A stretch of DNA of 64,000 bases from assembly GCF_001194135.2 (NCBI RefSeq), contig NC_068994.1:38902816-38966815 (forward strand), read 5' to 3'. This DNA comes from Octopus bimaculoides (lineage: Eukaryota). Positions 40,771 through 53,579 of the stretch are shown piece by piece. The notes under the pieces are model-generated. The model made no database searches. It had not been told where the DNA came from and saw only the letters and a program-made list of their open reading frames with translations. The position numbers and the translations under genes are program-made. Positions within the stretch are counted from its first letter, which is position 1; each line of letters begins with the position of its first letter.

Positions 40771-41660
40771 CCATATATACTCAAGTGTAAAACACTCTCA
40801 CCTATAAGATGCACCCCCAACTAACTGGTTCAGATCGGGAGTTTTATCATTGACTTGACTATAAGTTGCAGTGATGTTTTTGATGGTGGAGAGCAAGGTT
40901 CGATTAGGAAACATGCCAACATAGTTGTTGTTCTTTCTCTTCATGTTAACAAATAACATGGTATCGAATTAAAACAACAGCTGGGGTAAGTTTTGTACTG
41001 TCAGCCATACAAGCCAAAATTGCAGAGAAGTGGGCCTTTTCACACCCTGTAGTTTTCTCTGAAATTGTGTTTTTTCCCTTTGACTGTTTGAGTTCCAACC
41101 ATATCGAAAACTATTATTGATTGCTTCCAAGGCAAACTCGTGGCTCTTTCATAGATCTGTTACATACCGATGGAAGGAATCAACTTTTCCCTCTACATTA
41201 GTGGGTAATTTCTGTGCGATGAGTACTCTGTCTCAGCATAAGATTGTGGTGTTTCATAAACCTCGTACATCAGCCAGGTGATGCTTCAAAGTCAGATGCA
41301 CCATGTTCTTTAGTCACTTGGAGAGCCCGCAATCAAATGATGTTTCTTGTGACACAAGTCCATCTGTGTGTAGTTCAGTCCCCCACTCTCTCAAAATAGT
41401 CACCATCTCCTCATTGGGATTCCTTCCTATCCTAATTTTCTTAAACGATTTAATGTCAATGGATTTAATTTTCTCATCTTTCATACACCAATCCCTGACC
41501 ATTTTTCCTTAGACACCAAATTCTCTTTCTGCAGCTCAATTCAAATGCAACTTTGTATATTCAACAACTCTCAGCTTGAAAGTGATATCATATGAATTCC
41601 CCTTTCTCTTCATGTTAACAAATAACATGATGTCGAATTAAAGAAAGACAGGTATGATAC
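40771..41660 (-). mobile_element. Internally deleted pogo/Tc2-like DNA transposon
   Basis: TA plus ccatatatactcaagtgtaa (CpG-decayed CCGTATATACTCGAGTATAA-type TIR); minus strand MKRKGNSYDITFKLRVVEY (ATG 41613), ASPG*CTRFMKHHNL, AQKLP, KTTGCEKAHF..LACMADSTKL. Confidence 0.85.
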
Positions 41661-41852
41661 AAAAACAAACAAGCATTAAACTCACTTTTTAAAAATTAAT
41701 TGTTTATTTCATACTAACAGAAGTAAAGAAATATATAAAGAAATATCGAAAGATTGTCGTCTGTGCCTTTCTCAGCTGCGGAATTAGCAATTTAGGTTTT
41801 TTTCGGTTATTCCAAGTGTCAGGACTCAGACATAGCTTGTATNNNNNNNNNN

Positions 41853-41906
<54 letters not shown>

Positions 41907-42984
41907 TATATATATACATACATACATATATATGTATATATATCATGTATATAAAAATATATATATTGCATATATGAATATATGCACATATATATTATAT
42001 TATATAGATCATATATATGTACATATATAAGCATGTATGTATGTATGTATGTATGTATGTATGTTAGTCAGAAGAAAGGGCAGCATCCTTGACCTTTTTT
42101 TTGCAGAGCCTCCAATTCTAGTAGGAAGAAGAGAAGAGGTTATCCTCAGACAAGATACCTGACATGAATGCTTTAGACAGAGTGGACACTCCTAAAGGCC
42201 CCTAAAGGCTAGGTCAAATCAGGCAATAGATTAAGCTTCCTCATGAATAAAAAAAAAAAAATCTACTATTTTTATTGGCATCAAACAGTTCATAAGGATT
42301 CACTCACATTTCTTTCCCGAACTGCTAATGATATTAGCTGAAGGCAACATATTAAAAATGTAAACAAATATGTGCTTCAGCACAAACTCATTTGTATAAT
42401 GGTACAAGGTTGCAGGCCAGACAATAATTACTAGTTGTCTGCAGAACAAACAGCTCTCATTCAGTTGTTCTTTGCTTGTTATGTTGGCCGTAACAGCTGG
42501 TGTTCTTAGATATGAAGAATTGTTTCTAGAAAATTATATATTCTGATCTGATATTCAGATTTGACAAAAACAATTTTGCTTGTTATGAAAGATCAAACAG
42601 AAAATTAGATTTTAATATTTGAAGGTAGAATTCCTGTTGGAATTTGTAATCAAAACCAAATCATCAACTCCATCAGTTCTAAATCTACTGCTACTCCATG
42701 GTGTGGCTGAATGGTTGAGAAGTTTATTTCATAATCATGAGATTCTGGGGTTAATACCACAGCATGATATCTTTGGGCTTATGTCTTTTTCCAAAACCTC
42801 AGGATGATATCCAAGCATTGTGAATGAAACTAGGTGGAAGGAAACTGTCTAAAAGCTTATCAGAAAAATTATATCAGTAATTTAAAAGCCCAGCCTAGAC
42901 ACATCACAGTAATTACACCCAATAATTATGCTGAGTACTCATGTCTGTGGAATACTTAGCCACTTACATACTAATTCAATAAAG

Positions 42985-43180
42985 AGTTATGTTTTTTTCC
43001 CCTTTAACGTTGACTGTCTGAGTTCCAACCATATAAAAAAAAAAGGGATGTCTCATCCATATTACCGATTGCTTCCAAGGCAAACTCGTGGCTCTTTCAT
43101 AGATCTATTACATACCAATGGAAGGAATCAACTTTGCTCTCTACATCAGTTAGTAATTTCTGTGTGATATGAGTACTCTG
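42985..43180 (-). mobile_element. Second fragment of the same pogo transposase
   Basis: Paralogous to 41066-41230; retains the IGNMDET motif. Confidence 0.85.
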
Positions 43181-45748
43181 TTGATTGAGCAACTGCATAA
43201 ACATCATAAAAACTAATGGGTATCTATTTATTTATTTTCTCTCTACTCTTTTCTTTTACCTTAACCCACATCTCTTAGCATAAAATGACTTGTCTACCTT
43301 AAGTTTCATAGTCTGGTGAACTGCATGGCAACTGCACTAGTGCTGGTGATATGAAAAATAGCATCTAGTACACACTGTGGATGGCATTAGAAAGGGCATC
43401 CAGCCATAGAAAGCATGTGAAAACAGACACTGGAGCACTCCTTGTCTCCTTGCACTCCTTGGACCCAACAGATCCTTTCAAATTATCCAACCCATGCCAG
43501 CATGGAACAAGGCTGTTCAGTGATGATGATGATGACAGTTGAGAATGGTAAAGGATTTGGTATCTGAATCAGCAGAATTGGTGTAAGAAGAGTGTTGAAG
43601 TAAAAAAAAGTTATCTCTGAGGGCATTGAGTTCATAGAAAGTAGAGCTAGGGTAGACATATTTAGTGTAGAATGAAAAATTGTTACAAGTGTTAGAATTA
43701 TCCAGTTTTTTGTCATTCTTCCTAATATTCCCAGAAATGGTTCTTGTTATTATTTAGACCCAGGTCAACCTCAGTTGAACAGAACCATAAACACAAATGT
43801 TCAAACCATAACTACCTCATGTTTTTCAGGCATAAATTAACTGGGATTACATTCTTTCATTTCATACAATGTATTATTTCCTTTCTTTAATGTAGTAAGG
43901 TGTGATTTTTGAGGGAGATTTGGCTGTTTTTGTAGCAGATCCAAAGATGGTTTACTGATTTCCTTGTTGGTTTGATGTTTGTGAGATATTATGAATGTTT
44001 CTTAGAGAAAATGAAAAGGAAATCAAGTCTCATAATCAGCTTCACTGGACACTGAATCACTTCCTATATCAATCAAAGGAAGTTGCTTGATATTCGGTGC
44101 TCAGTGGAAAGGAACACTAATCATGAATTATGAAGAGGAGAATGTGAAATTTGAACCCTTTTGATAGGTCTTTTTCCCAAGAATTTTCAACAGATTCATG
44201 TTCCTTTACCGTCATGGAAACTTTTCCAATAGGTTTTCTCTGAAGATCCATGGATCCAGGGCAGACAAAAGATTAGGAAGCACCATATGAAAACCTACGT
44301 TATCTTCAACAAGATACCTTATCAATTCCTTGCAACAAATTAAACAACATGGGCAATAGACTTGCAGAGTTGATAGCACAGCAGAAAATACTTTTGCAGT
44401 ATTGCTCTGGCTCTCTGGGTGCTGAGTTCAAATCTCTCAGAAGTTAACTTTGCTTTTAAGCTTATTACAGCATTTATTCTTTAATGTCTACTTTTCTATG
44501 CTTACCTGGGTCAGAAGGAATCTATTGAGACAGACTTCCTGGGCTGGATGCTTTTCCTGTTGCTAATCCATACCTGTTTCCAGGTAAGGTAATATTTCTC
44601 TATGGCTAAACATGTTTCTCATGGAAGACTGGAAGTGAACAACATCATTTGTTTGAATTATACTTGTTTTCTACCATCATGTGCATCTATCAGATCTACT
44701 CACAAGGCTTTGGTTGGCCTGGCCCTATAGCAGAAAGCAATTGTCCAAAATGCCACATAGTGTGATTGAATCCAAGATCACATGGCTAGAAAGCAAACTT
44801 CTTAACTACATGGATAAACTAAAGTACTACTCAAGTTTAATGCATTAGTAGGATTGTTTCTACATCAGGTAAGATATCTTGTGATACTTGTTATAGTTCT
44901 TTGATTTCTGAGTTCTTGGGTGATGAACTTAAACTAACCATCACCCAGTTTATAACTCTCAATTTGGTTCCTGGGCACTTTAGCAAAGTTCCACTTTGTT
45001 GCAAGCATTCAATTCAAGTTCAATTTACAGTTTAAAGATAACATCTTTCCTTACCCACATCAATTTTAGTGGGCCCTTCTTCACCCCAATAAAAAGATCA
45101 TGGATGAAGACCTCTCTTCCGTAAGTTGATGGTTAAAAATAAAATAAAATAATAAAGGAAAATAACAAAATGCACCAAAATGACTCAGGATAGCTAGATA
45201 GAGTTAAAGTGAATGACACATATCTACCATCAGTGGTATAGTTAGTGTGTCACTCGGGATAGCCTTTGTCTTTCTCACTTACCCTCACTCCCTATACAGG
45301 CTTATACAGCAGACCCAAAAGTGTCACCCACATAAAGTGCTGCCCCAAGATGAACTGCCTCCAACAGCCACACCAAGTTATGCTATTGCCCACCTCTTGT
45401 CAGAATCCTTAATCTTCTCACTACTACATTGTCACAACTTGACAATGTAGTAGTGAGGGTAGAGGAACGTCGCAAAGCTGTGACACGAGGAGATATTGAT
45501 GAATTGGGTATAACTGATCATGTATGAAAAAATGGAGACCACCTCCCCCTGTGGGATAAAGTTAAAATAATAGACAGAGAACACCACTGGAAAATATGGA
45601 AACTAAAAGAAGCAGCACATATGCTAGGACACAACAACCTCCTAAACAGACTGAGTGCAGATATGAATAGCATATGGAAATTGGTATTAAGGAAGGACAG
45701 GAAAATATTAGATTTATAAGCCCTGAAACTCACTCCATAATTGCCCAC

Positions 45749-45822
45749 GGGCATATGGCGTAGTAGTTAAGAACACGTGCTACTAACCCCAAGATTCTGA
45801 GTTTGATTCCAGGCAGTGACCT
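45749..45822 (+). promoter_or_regulatory. tRNA-like internal Pol III promoter (A and B boxes)
   Basis: tggcgtagtag (A-box-like) and gagtttgattcc (B-box-like; gagttcgattcc in the other two copies). Confidence 0.6.
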
Positions 45823-45898
45823 GAATAATAATAATGATAATAATAATAACATTGAAAAATACCTTAAGAATGAGAGCCCAGGTTCGAAATTTCCCCAA

Positions 45899-45944
45899 GA
45901 CACCTGATGAAGGCTGGAGGGTATATCAGCTGAAACATTGTGTT
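45899..45944 (+). ncRNA. Minimal type I hammerhead ribozyme-like motif
   Basis: gacac CTGATGA a ggctg-loop-cagct GAAAC att gtgtt; stem I gacac/gtgtt. Confidence 0.7.
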
Positions 45945-47816
45945 AACAACAAACAAGATGAGGACAAATATCTGTCAAATGTAAATACTATAAATAATGT
46001 AAATAAAACTTTCATAGTTTTACCTTTTGTCATCTCTTTTACAATCAAATAAACTACAAGAATCACATGAAGTGTGAGCTAATATAGTTTAATTAGGGAA
46101 CACTGTCCCCACAACCATTATTTTTATTAGTTAATTAATTAATTAATTAATATTACACTCATAGTCCAGAGAAATGATAATAAAATTTAATGATTAAATC
46201 TAATTGAGAACAAGGATGATAGCACCAAAATCTAAATTAGGAAATGAAAATTAAGCAGGTATATTGAAATAGACCCCTCCCATACACACATGTGCATATG
46301 TGAACACACTCACACACAGATGCACACGTACACACACACACACATACGAGCACATATATTCTATTTGTCTGTGTCTGTGTTTATTGTTTATGCCAGCTAG
46401 CTGAAGTTGTGTTTATGTCAAAACCCTTTAAGTGCCCCAACTTAACAGTTTGATAAATAGATATCGCCAAAATAAGTATTAGACAGAAATATGAATTAGA
46501 ATCAATATTGTTGACTGGAATCTGTGAAGGTGGTGCTTGGCTACAGTCTAATGACTAAATCCAGTGAAAGAGTGTAATATTGTATCACTTGAAAACTGAG
46601 AAAACTGTGGTGCTTCAGAACATGATGCAAGAGAAAGTATTAAAGAGCAAATAAATAAATGTCATCTATGCTTATACAAATATTTGCAAATACAATGTGT
46701 TTTTTTTTTTATGTGTCTATGTATATGTGTATATACATATATGCACAGATATAAATATATGTGTGTAAGTAAATAACTGTATATAAATATATATGTAAAG
46801 ATATCTAAATCCTAAATGTGCATACACACACACACACAAATATATTTACACAAATGTATATTGATAAGGTGGGACATTTGAAGAACCATTTATTTCAGTG
46901 TTGAATGTAATGTCTAGTTTTCATTAGTTATAAACTCTCCATATTCTCACAAGACCAATTTTAACTTTTATCTTTCCAGGGTCCATAAATTTTAACTTAA
47001 CCAACTGCTTCCTACTTCAAAATTTTATGGCCTTATGCCAGCATGGGCTGCAAAGCCAATGACCAGCTTAGATTAACTGGCAGTTCAACTAGACGTGGAT
47101 CAAAAAGGTGGATTGCCTAATGATGCTAGTTAGAAACAGTCTTGGTTACAAATACAGTAAAAGCACATGTAACATAGCAAGACATCCTTCTTTATACACG
47201 GGAGGGGTAAAGCAAACAAGCAAACAAAAAAAAAAAGGAAAAGAAAATGAGAAACAAAAGCATAACTTTTTCTTCCTTTTTGTCTTTTTTTTTTCATTCA
47301 TGGAATTCTTGAAAGTACAAGATTAAAAACACATTTTAATTGTGTTTGTTCTGCTGTAAAGAACATCTTAACCTTGATTCTTTTCTCCCATGATTCCCTT
47401 TTGACACAAATGTCTTCCATTCATTTGGAGATTGTGAAAAACAATTTAAGGTGTACTCGGGCATACATACATTGACAGCTATAACAACACCTCCTCCCCT
47501 CCCCAACCAGTCTTCAACACTCGTTCAGGTCCTTCTCCTTCTTCTCCTTCTGTTACTGCCTTCACTTTCGCACTTCTCAATAGTCCTGACACATCCCTTC
47601 AAAAGAAATTTCACAGGATTACTCTGACAAAGCTGAAATGAAAGGTTTGTGGATTGGAGCTCTCCTCACAATCCACTGATCAGGAAATATTACTGTAATG
47701 TCATTTCCTCATACATCCATATAATTGCTTCTTTTTTTCTTTCTTTAATTCAGTGATAACATCAAACATGACAACTAGTGTGTTTAGTCTCCTTTTTATT
47801 TCTTAGATTTTTTTAA

Positions 47817-48213
47817 TTTATTTGTTTCAGTTATTAGACTGTGGCCATGCTGGATAACACCTTGAAGATTTTTTAGTGAAAGGAATCCACCCCAGTACCA
47901 TTGTTTTTAAAGCCTGGTTTCTTTTGCTGTACTGCTAGGTTACTGAGAAGTAAACACACCAACACCGGTTGTCAAGCGGTCGTGGGGCACAAACACAGAT
48001 ACAGAAACACATACACACATAGATGTACCCGTATACACACATACACACACATATATATGATGGGCTTCTTTCAGTTTCCAAATCCATTCACAAGTCTTTG
48101 ATCAGCCAGAGGCTAAGGTAGAAGACACTGGTCTAAGGTGTCACACAGTGGGATTGAACCTAGAACCATGTGGTTGGGAAGCAAGCTTCTTTCCACACAG
48201 CTGTGCCTGCACC
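47817..48213 (-). mobile_element. Family A SINE (full length)
   Basis: Reverse-complement homology to 2438-2820. Confidence 0.85.
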
Positions 48214-49129
48214 CATTTTCTTGAAATTTTTATGACAAGAAAATAAGTTGAAGCCTTTTTTATTGTGTGAATCTTTATATGCAAAGATATCAGGGTGTAG
48301 GAGTGTGTGTATCAGTATGTACCTGAGTATAATTGTGTTTGTTGTTTTACATGTTTTGGGCATGTTGTTGATGTTGAGAAGCAAAGTTATGCTGGAAGAA
48401 TTCTAGCCATGACCATCACATTTCATTTCATTTTTTTTTTTTGCTTGTTTGTTTTGCATCTCTATCAACACTATAGTCTGTGCCATTTTTCCTCCCAAAA
48501 TATTAGGTTGTGATTTTACTGCTATTTTTAGCAGGATGAGGAACTACATAGAATCTCTTTTACCTATGTCTATTTCTGTATGTGTGTGTGTCTATGTGGG
48601 GGATCTAATTTTATTATATGATTATTTTTTTCCTGGAGAAGGGGTGGGTGAATGATTTGCATGCTAAATCAGAGACTTGTATCCTATATATAGTCTGTCT
48701 GATTCCTACTAAGCAGAATTATTCCATTTCTGAGATATATTTAAAATGTTTTTAGCAGAGCATTAATGGAAAGTACTTAAGCTCCAGGTAAACCCAATCT
48801 TTAGCCTAGTCATGGTAAACAATTCAAGGCTTTATTGAGATAACAGAAAACCATGAGAAAAAGCATTAATATCACAAATCATAGACTTCTCTCATTCAAT
48901 ATAAATGTTAGATTGTTGTTTTTTACTGAAGCCAATCCTGCCTCAGTACACCCATGAGTGAAGGTGTTCCAGCTATGACCATCCAGTCTGTTTTCATATC
49001 AAAGACAAATGTATTTTCTATATTTTTAAGATGATTATGTGGGATTTGAAAATGATTTGTTTGGCATTTGTAGCAGTTTGAGTTAATGTGTAAACAGTAG
49101 TGTAACCAGTATGTGTTCCATCTGAGCAG

Positions 49130-49756
49130 CTCTCGAACTTGCTGCTTCCCAATCCCTAGACAGGCTTATATATGGTTTCATGCCCTTGTTTGATGGGCTG
49201 GGTTATTCCAAGTTAGTGGTCCCAGAGGCATCATCATGCATAGATCCAACAGATCAACCAGTGCTCTCCCTCACTGGCAGTCCTGTGCCAGCCCTTCTAC
49301 ATCCTCCAGGGTGATGTCAAACTTCTGGAGATCTTCCCCAATCATGTCCAGCTATCTGGTGTGGGGCCAGCCAAGAGGCCTCTTCCAGCACACAGTTGCT
49401 GAATGAAATGGTAGTAAAGCTATGGTAGGATGATCACACAGGAGAAGAAGGACATGTCCATACCAGTACATGCTACTGATAGCTATGAGATGGAAGGCTG
49501 CAGGCTGATGCATGTGCACACACAGTTTTTTGTTGAAAACAAGGGAAACCTGACCCTGGAGGTCAACCACAGATGTGACCATGTACTCCTTATGGAAGCC
49601 CCTCTAGTGCCATTACTTTGTTTCCTGGAAGACAAAGCTCTGCATCTGCAATGCACTGGTCCTCTCCATTCTCCTCTATGGAGCAAAAACATGGCTCCTC
49701 TCGAAGACCTTAGCAAAGAAGGTTAGTGGATTCAATAGCAGAACCCTGAGGCTTAT
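49130..49756. mobile_element. RTE-clade LINE fragment with 5' inversion
   Basis: 49130-49534 (-): NKKL..HQP..WYGHVL..WKRP.G.P.TR..EDLQ; 49535-49756 (+): NKGNL..TKL.I.NALVLSILLYGAKTW..GFNSRTLRLI. Confidence 0.85.
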
Positions 49757-50264
49757 ACACCAGAACTAAAAGTACCATCCTTGTAAAAATGCCACCAGAA
49801 ACAGACCACTCTCATAACCCATCATTAACTAGACTATTGTGTGTAAAGTTTCCTTTGTTGGCTTAGATTTTATATTTTTCTAGAGAGTGCAACAGTTTAT
49901 AATTCCAGTATAAAGAGTGGAATAGTTTATCATTCTCCCTTTGAGAAACAATGACAGATCCCATAGATAGATATGCTTTCAATTTTTTCCTCTTTATAGA
50001 TATAATTAACACACTATTTATGAATGTTGAACAGCAAGCACAGAAAAAATACTATGCAATACTCAAATATGTTGCGCTATATTTTCTGTTCAAATCCTCT
50101 TGAGATCAATGTTGCCTTTCATCTATCTCGGTCTAACAAGATTAGTTTTAGATAAGTACTTTGATTAATTTAATTAGCTGAATCCCTTCCTCCCCCAGAC
50201 CTGACACTATATGCCTAACTTAAAGGTCAATGTACTTAGAATTTTTTAACTTTGAAAATAAGCT

Positions 50265-50295
<31 letters not shown>

Positions 50296-50780
50296 CATCA
50301 TCAACATCATTATCATTATTTAACGTCTATTTTCCATGCTGGTATGTGTTGGACAGCTTGATCAGAACTGGTAAGGCCAGGCGCTACAGCAGGTTCCATA
50401 GTCTATTTTGGCTTGGTTTCTATGACCGGATGTCCTTCCTAATGCCAACCACTCGACAGTGTACTGGCTGCTTTTTATGTGGCACCCTGGTTTTAGGATT
50501 TCAATTCTATTGTTGTGGGCAGATCTTGTAAAGCAATGTACCACATATCTCGGTCCCCTGTCATCTCCTTTACAAGGTTCAGCATTTTGAGATCAGCCAT
50601 CAAGATTTCATCCCATGTCTTTCTGAGTCTCCCTCTTCTACAACTCCCCTTCACTTTAAGTGATCAGTACTTCTTCACACAACTGTCCTCATCCATCTGC
50701 ATCACATGACCAAACCAGCACAGTCTCTTCTCTTGTACACTGCATATAATTCTTCTTATGCTCAATTTCTCCCTCAATAC
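50265..50780 (-). mobile_element. 5'-truncated RTE 3' end
   Basis: QEKRLCWFGHVMQMDEDSCVKK...GRLRKTWDEIL; (ATG)n tail at 50265-50320. Confidence 0.88.
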
Positions 50781-52396
50781 ACCAATGCTCTGTCACAAAA
50801 ATTTTACAAATTTTATGTTAATATAAAAAGTATAAATTTGTATCAGTAAAAACCTGAATACTGATTTACAAATTTTAGTATCAAACCAAAATTTCACAAG
50901 GAAAACTTATAGATCTCAGTACATTACTGGTATGCATTTTATAGACTTGGAGGGAATGGAAAAATATACAGCAAAACATTCGTAGAAGCATTTATCATTT
51001 CTACCATTCCTATGTCTAAAAAATATTGAGTTATTTTTAGAGAAAAACAAATCAACAAAAACATAAAATTTAATTTAATTTCCACTAAATTCATTTTCTG
51101 TTTAGCAGTATGACAGTTAATTTTCTTAAACAACATGGTGAAAAAATATCAAAGGGAGATTAGAGAAAACAAACAAATATTTTTAAACGTATGCAAATAT
51201 TTAATTCCTTATTTTACTGTCTTAACTAATACACAAAACTTTCTGTTCTTATCCAATTTTTCTATATTTCACTTTGTATTATTGACAGGTTTAAATTTCT
51301 ATTACTAAAGTGTTTATATGCATATACATGTAAGAAATTTAAAAAAAAAATACTTTTATGGAATGGAAATGTTCTGTCAAACTTTTGACTAGAAATTTCG
51401 CTGAGAAACTTAATCCATTCAGCGGTATAAAAGATGCATGGGCATATAAGATGCTCCCCAATTTTGGCAGTGCACATTCAATAAAAATTATTTTAGTGCA
51501 TTAAATTTTATGGGAAGCCTGGTTACACATATAGGATCCAGGGTGATGTTTTGAGACATATTTGGTGTGAAAAAATTTCTCTTATATACCATCAGATATG
51601 GTGTGTGTATATAGTATATAGAGGGTTGATGAACCCATTAATGGATATTTTCTTACCAATCTATTGAATATGGAAAAACTTAATGAAAGAACAAGACATT
51701 AATAAAGTGTGGTGCCTACAAACTACTTTACTTTAGAATCCTATTCTCATCTATGATGCAATATACAATTATTAAATCAAACCCAGAATTCATTAAAAAA
51801 ATTTTTTTTTGTCAGGAAAGAAGAGAGTGTTTGTGATCATTCACAAGACCTCTAAAACTAGTGAGAGAGAGAGAAAGAGGAAATTATCCTTAAATTAGAG
51901 GCTTGGTTTTAATGCTTGCTACAAATTTCTACATTGATCCCTATACTTAACTGGTGCTTATTTTACTGATCTCAAAAGGATGAAAGGCAAAGTCAACTTT
52001 GGCAAAATTCGAACTCAGAAAATAAAAATGGATGAAATGTCACTAAGCATTTTGCATGGCATGCTAATAATTCTGCCAGCTGGCCACCCTGAAGTAGGAG
52101 TCAGAAATTGATTAATATTTTATGTATCAACACCAGATAGAAGGATGAAAGGTAAAATTGGATTAGGTTGGATTTGAACTTGGAATATAAAGAACCATAA
52201 AGAAAGAACACTGATATTATGTTTAATACTCTACTGATTCAGCTAATCCAACAGAGTTTTTTTTCACTAGGAACAAGAAGAACTTACTACCTCTTCACAA
52301 TACTTATAGAAGCTTTTAAGCCGTGAAGAATGATAATATTTATATCATTGATAAAAGTAATGTCTTCAAAAATGATATAAAAAATACATGAATAAA

Positions 52397-52577
52397 TTCA
52401 AAAGGAAATGTCTAGAAAAACTTTTAAAAGCAAAAAAATAAAAAAATAAATAACATTTACAGATGAAACTAGTCATTTTGCTACATACTTGTTAATGTCA
52501 TTAACTGTAATGGGAGACATTGTCTAGTAGAGACAGTCACTTGACTGAGAAGACTGAATACAAGTAAATAGCCATTA
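52397..52577. repeat. Inverted repeat arm (partner at 55565-55735)
   Basis: acttgtattcagtcttctca.tcaagtgactgtctct.ctaga.aatgtctcc...tgtagcaaaatgact...gcttttaaaagtttt shared in opposite orientation. Confidence 0.88.
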
Positions 52578-53540
52578 ATAGCATATATTAGACTTTTTAG
52601 AATATATACATGAAAAATGAACAAAAATAATGTACAAAAGTCAACCAAAACCACATTAATGTAATAAGCATTCTGAACATTAGATAATAATGATTGTACA
52701 ATTTTATAAAATATATTGCACAAACATTGGCGGTAATGATAAGATACAGAAAAATAAAAGACCTCACAAGAATGATCTACAGTTAATCAAAATGCAATAT
52801 CACTAACATTAGTGTGTTGGTCATAAAATCAATTTATACTGAATAAGGTTCAATAAAACCATTTGCAAATGTGTGAAATTCAGTGAAAAATTTAGTTACT
52901 CAACTGTGTGTTAGAATATAAAATGAAGGAAAAGATAGAATATTTTCAAGCAGAGAAGAGAAAACTCATTAAAAATGGAATTTCATATTTTCATCAAGAG
53001 CTGCTTACACGGAGATATGTGCTTGATTTTGCAGTAATTAATTATAATTTAATAAGTAAATACATAACATAAATAAAATTACTTATGTGCACAGAGGAAT
53101 TTTATGCATGGATGTGTAGCTACATGAGATTATATCATGTATATCAATTATCCATTCACTTCCATTTAACCTCAATCAGCAGTGATGAAATATGTTCTAA
53201 TGAGAATATTATATATGCTCCCACACATCCATATGTGTATAGTAACGTGTGTTTGTATGTGTATGTATGATTATAGATAAAATATGTTATATGTTTCCAT
53301 ATAATATTCATACATATACACAGACATATAAATATATATGCATACTCAAGTATATACACACACGTTTATATAAATGTATATTCATACATACACATATATA
53401 CCCACAAATGTGCATGCATACATACACACACAGTTACATTAATATTTTCATAAAGTAGAGTTAACAATAACACCAACAAAAATTGAGATTTTACACTTTC
53501 ATTTTATGGTGTCAAATCTCAGTTTTAAGAACTGTTTTAT

Positions 53541-53571
<31 letters not shown>

Positions 53572-53579
53572 GAGGACGT

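Larger units (their letters stand above)
45453..46006 (+). mobile_element. Penelope-like element 3' end: GIY-YIG C-terminus, tRNA-like module and hammerhead
   Basis: 45453-45719 reads EERRKAV..DHV*..LWDKVKIIDREHHWKIWKLKEAAHM..LLNR..IWKLVL..*; tRNA-like head from 45749; remainder homologous to 14777-15040. Confidence 0.9.

Noticed and set aside
44000-44260. Minus-strand SSEADYET similarity to the 39375 exon
   Set aside because: Only a 13-nt match; the frame is bounded by stops and lacks a good acceptor
47480-47680. Purine-rich minus-strand stretch with a gtatgt donor
   Set aside because: All frames hit stops between plausible splice sites
51420-51603. Possible Tc2-type MITE
   Set aside because: TIR-like strings (tataagatgc, cttatatacc..atatgg) are too decayed to define ends
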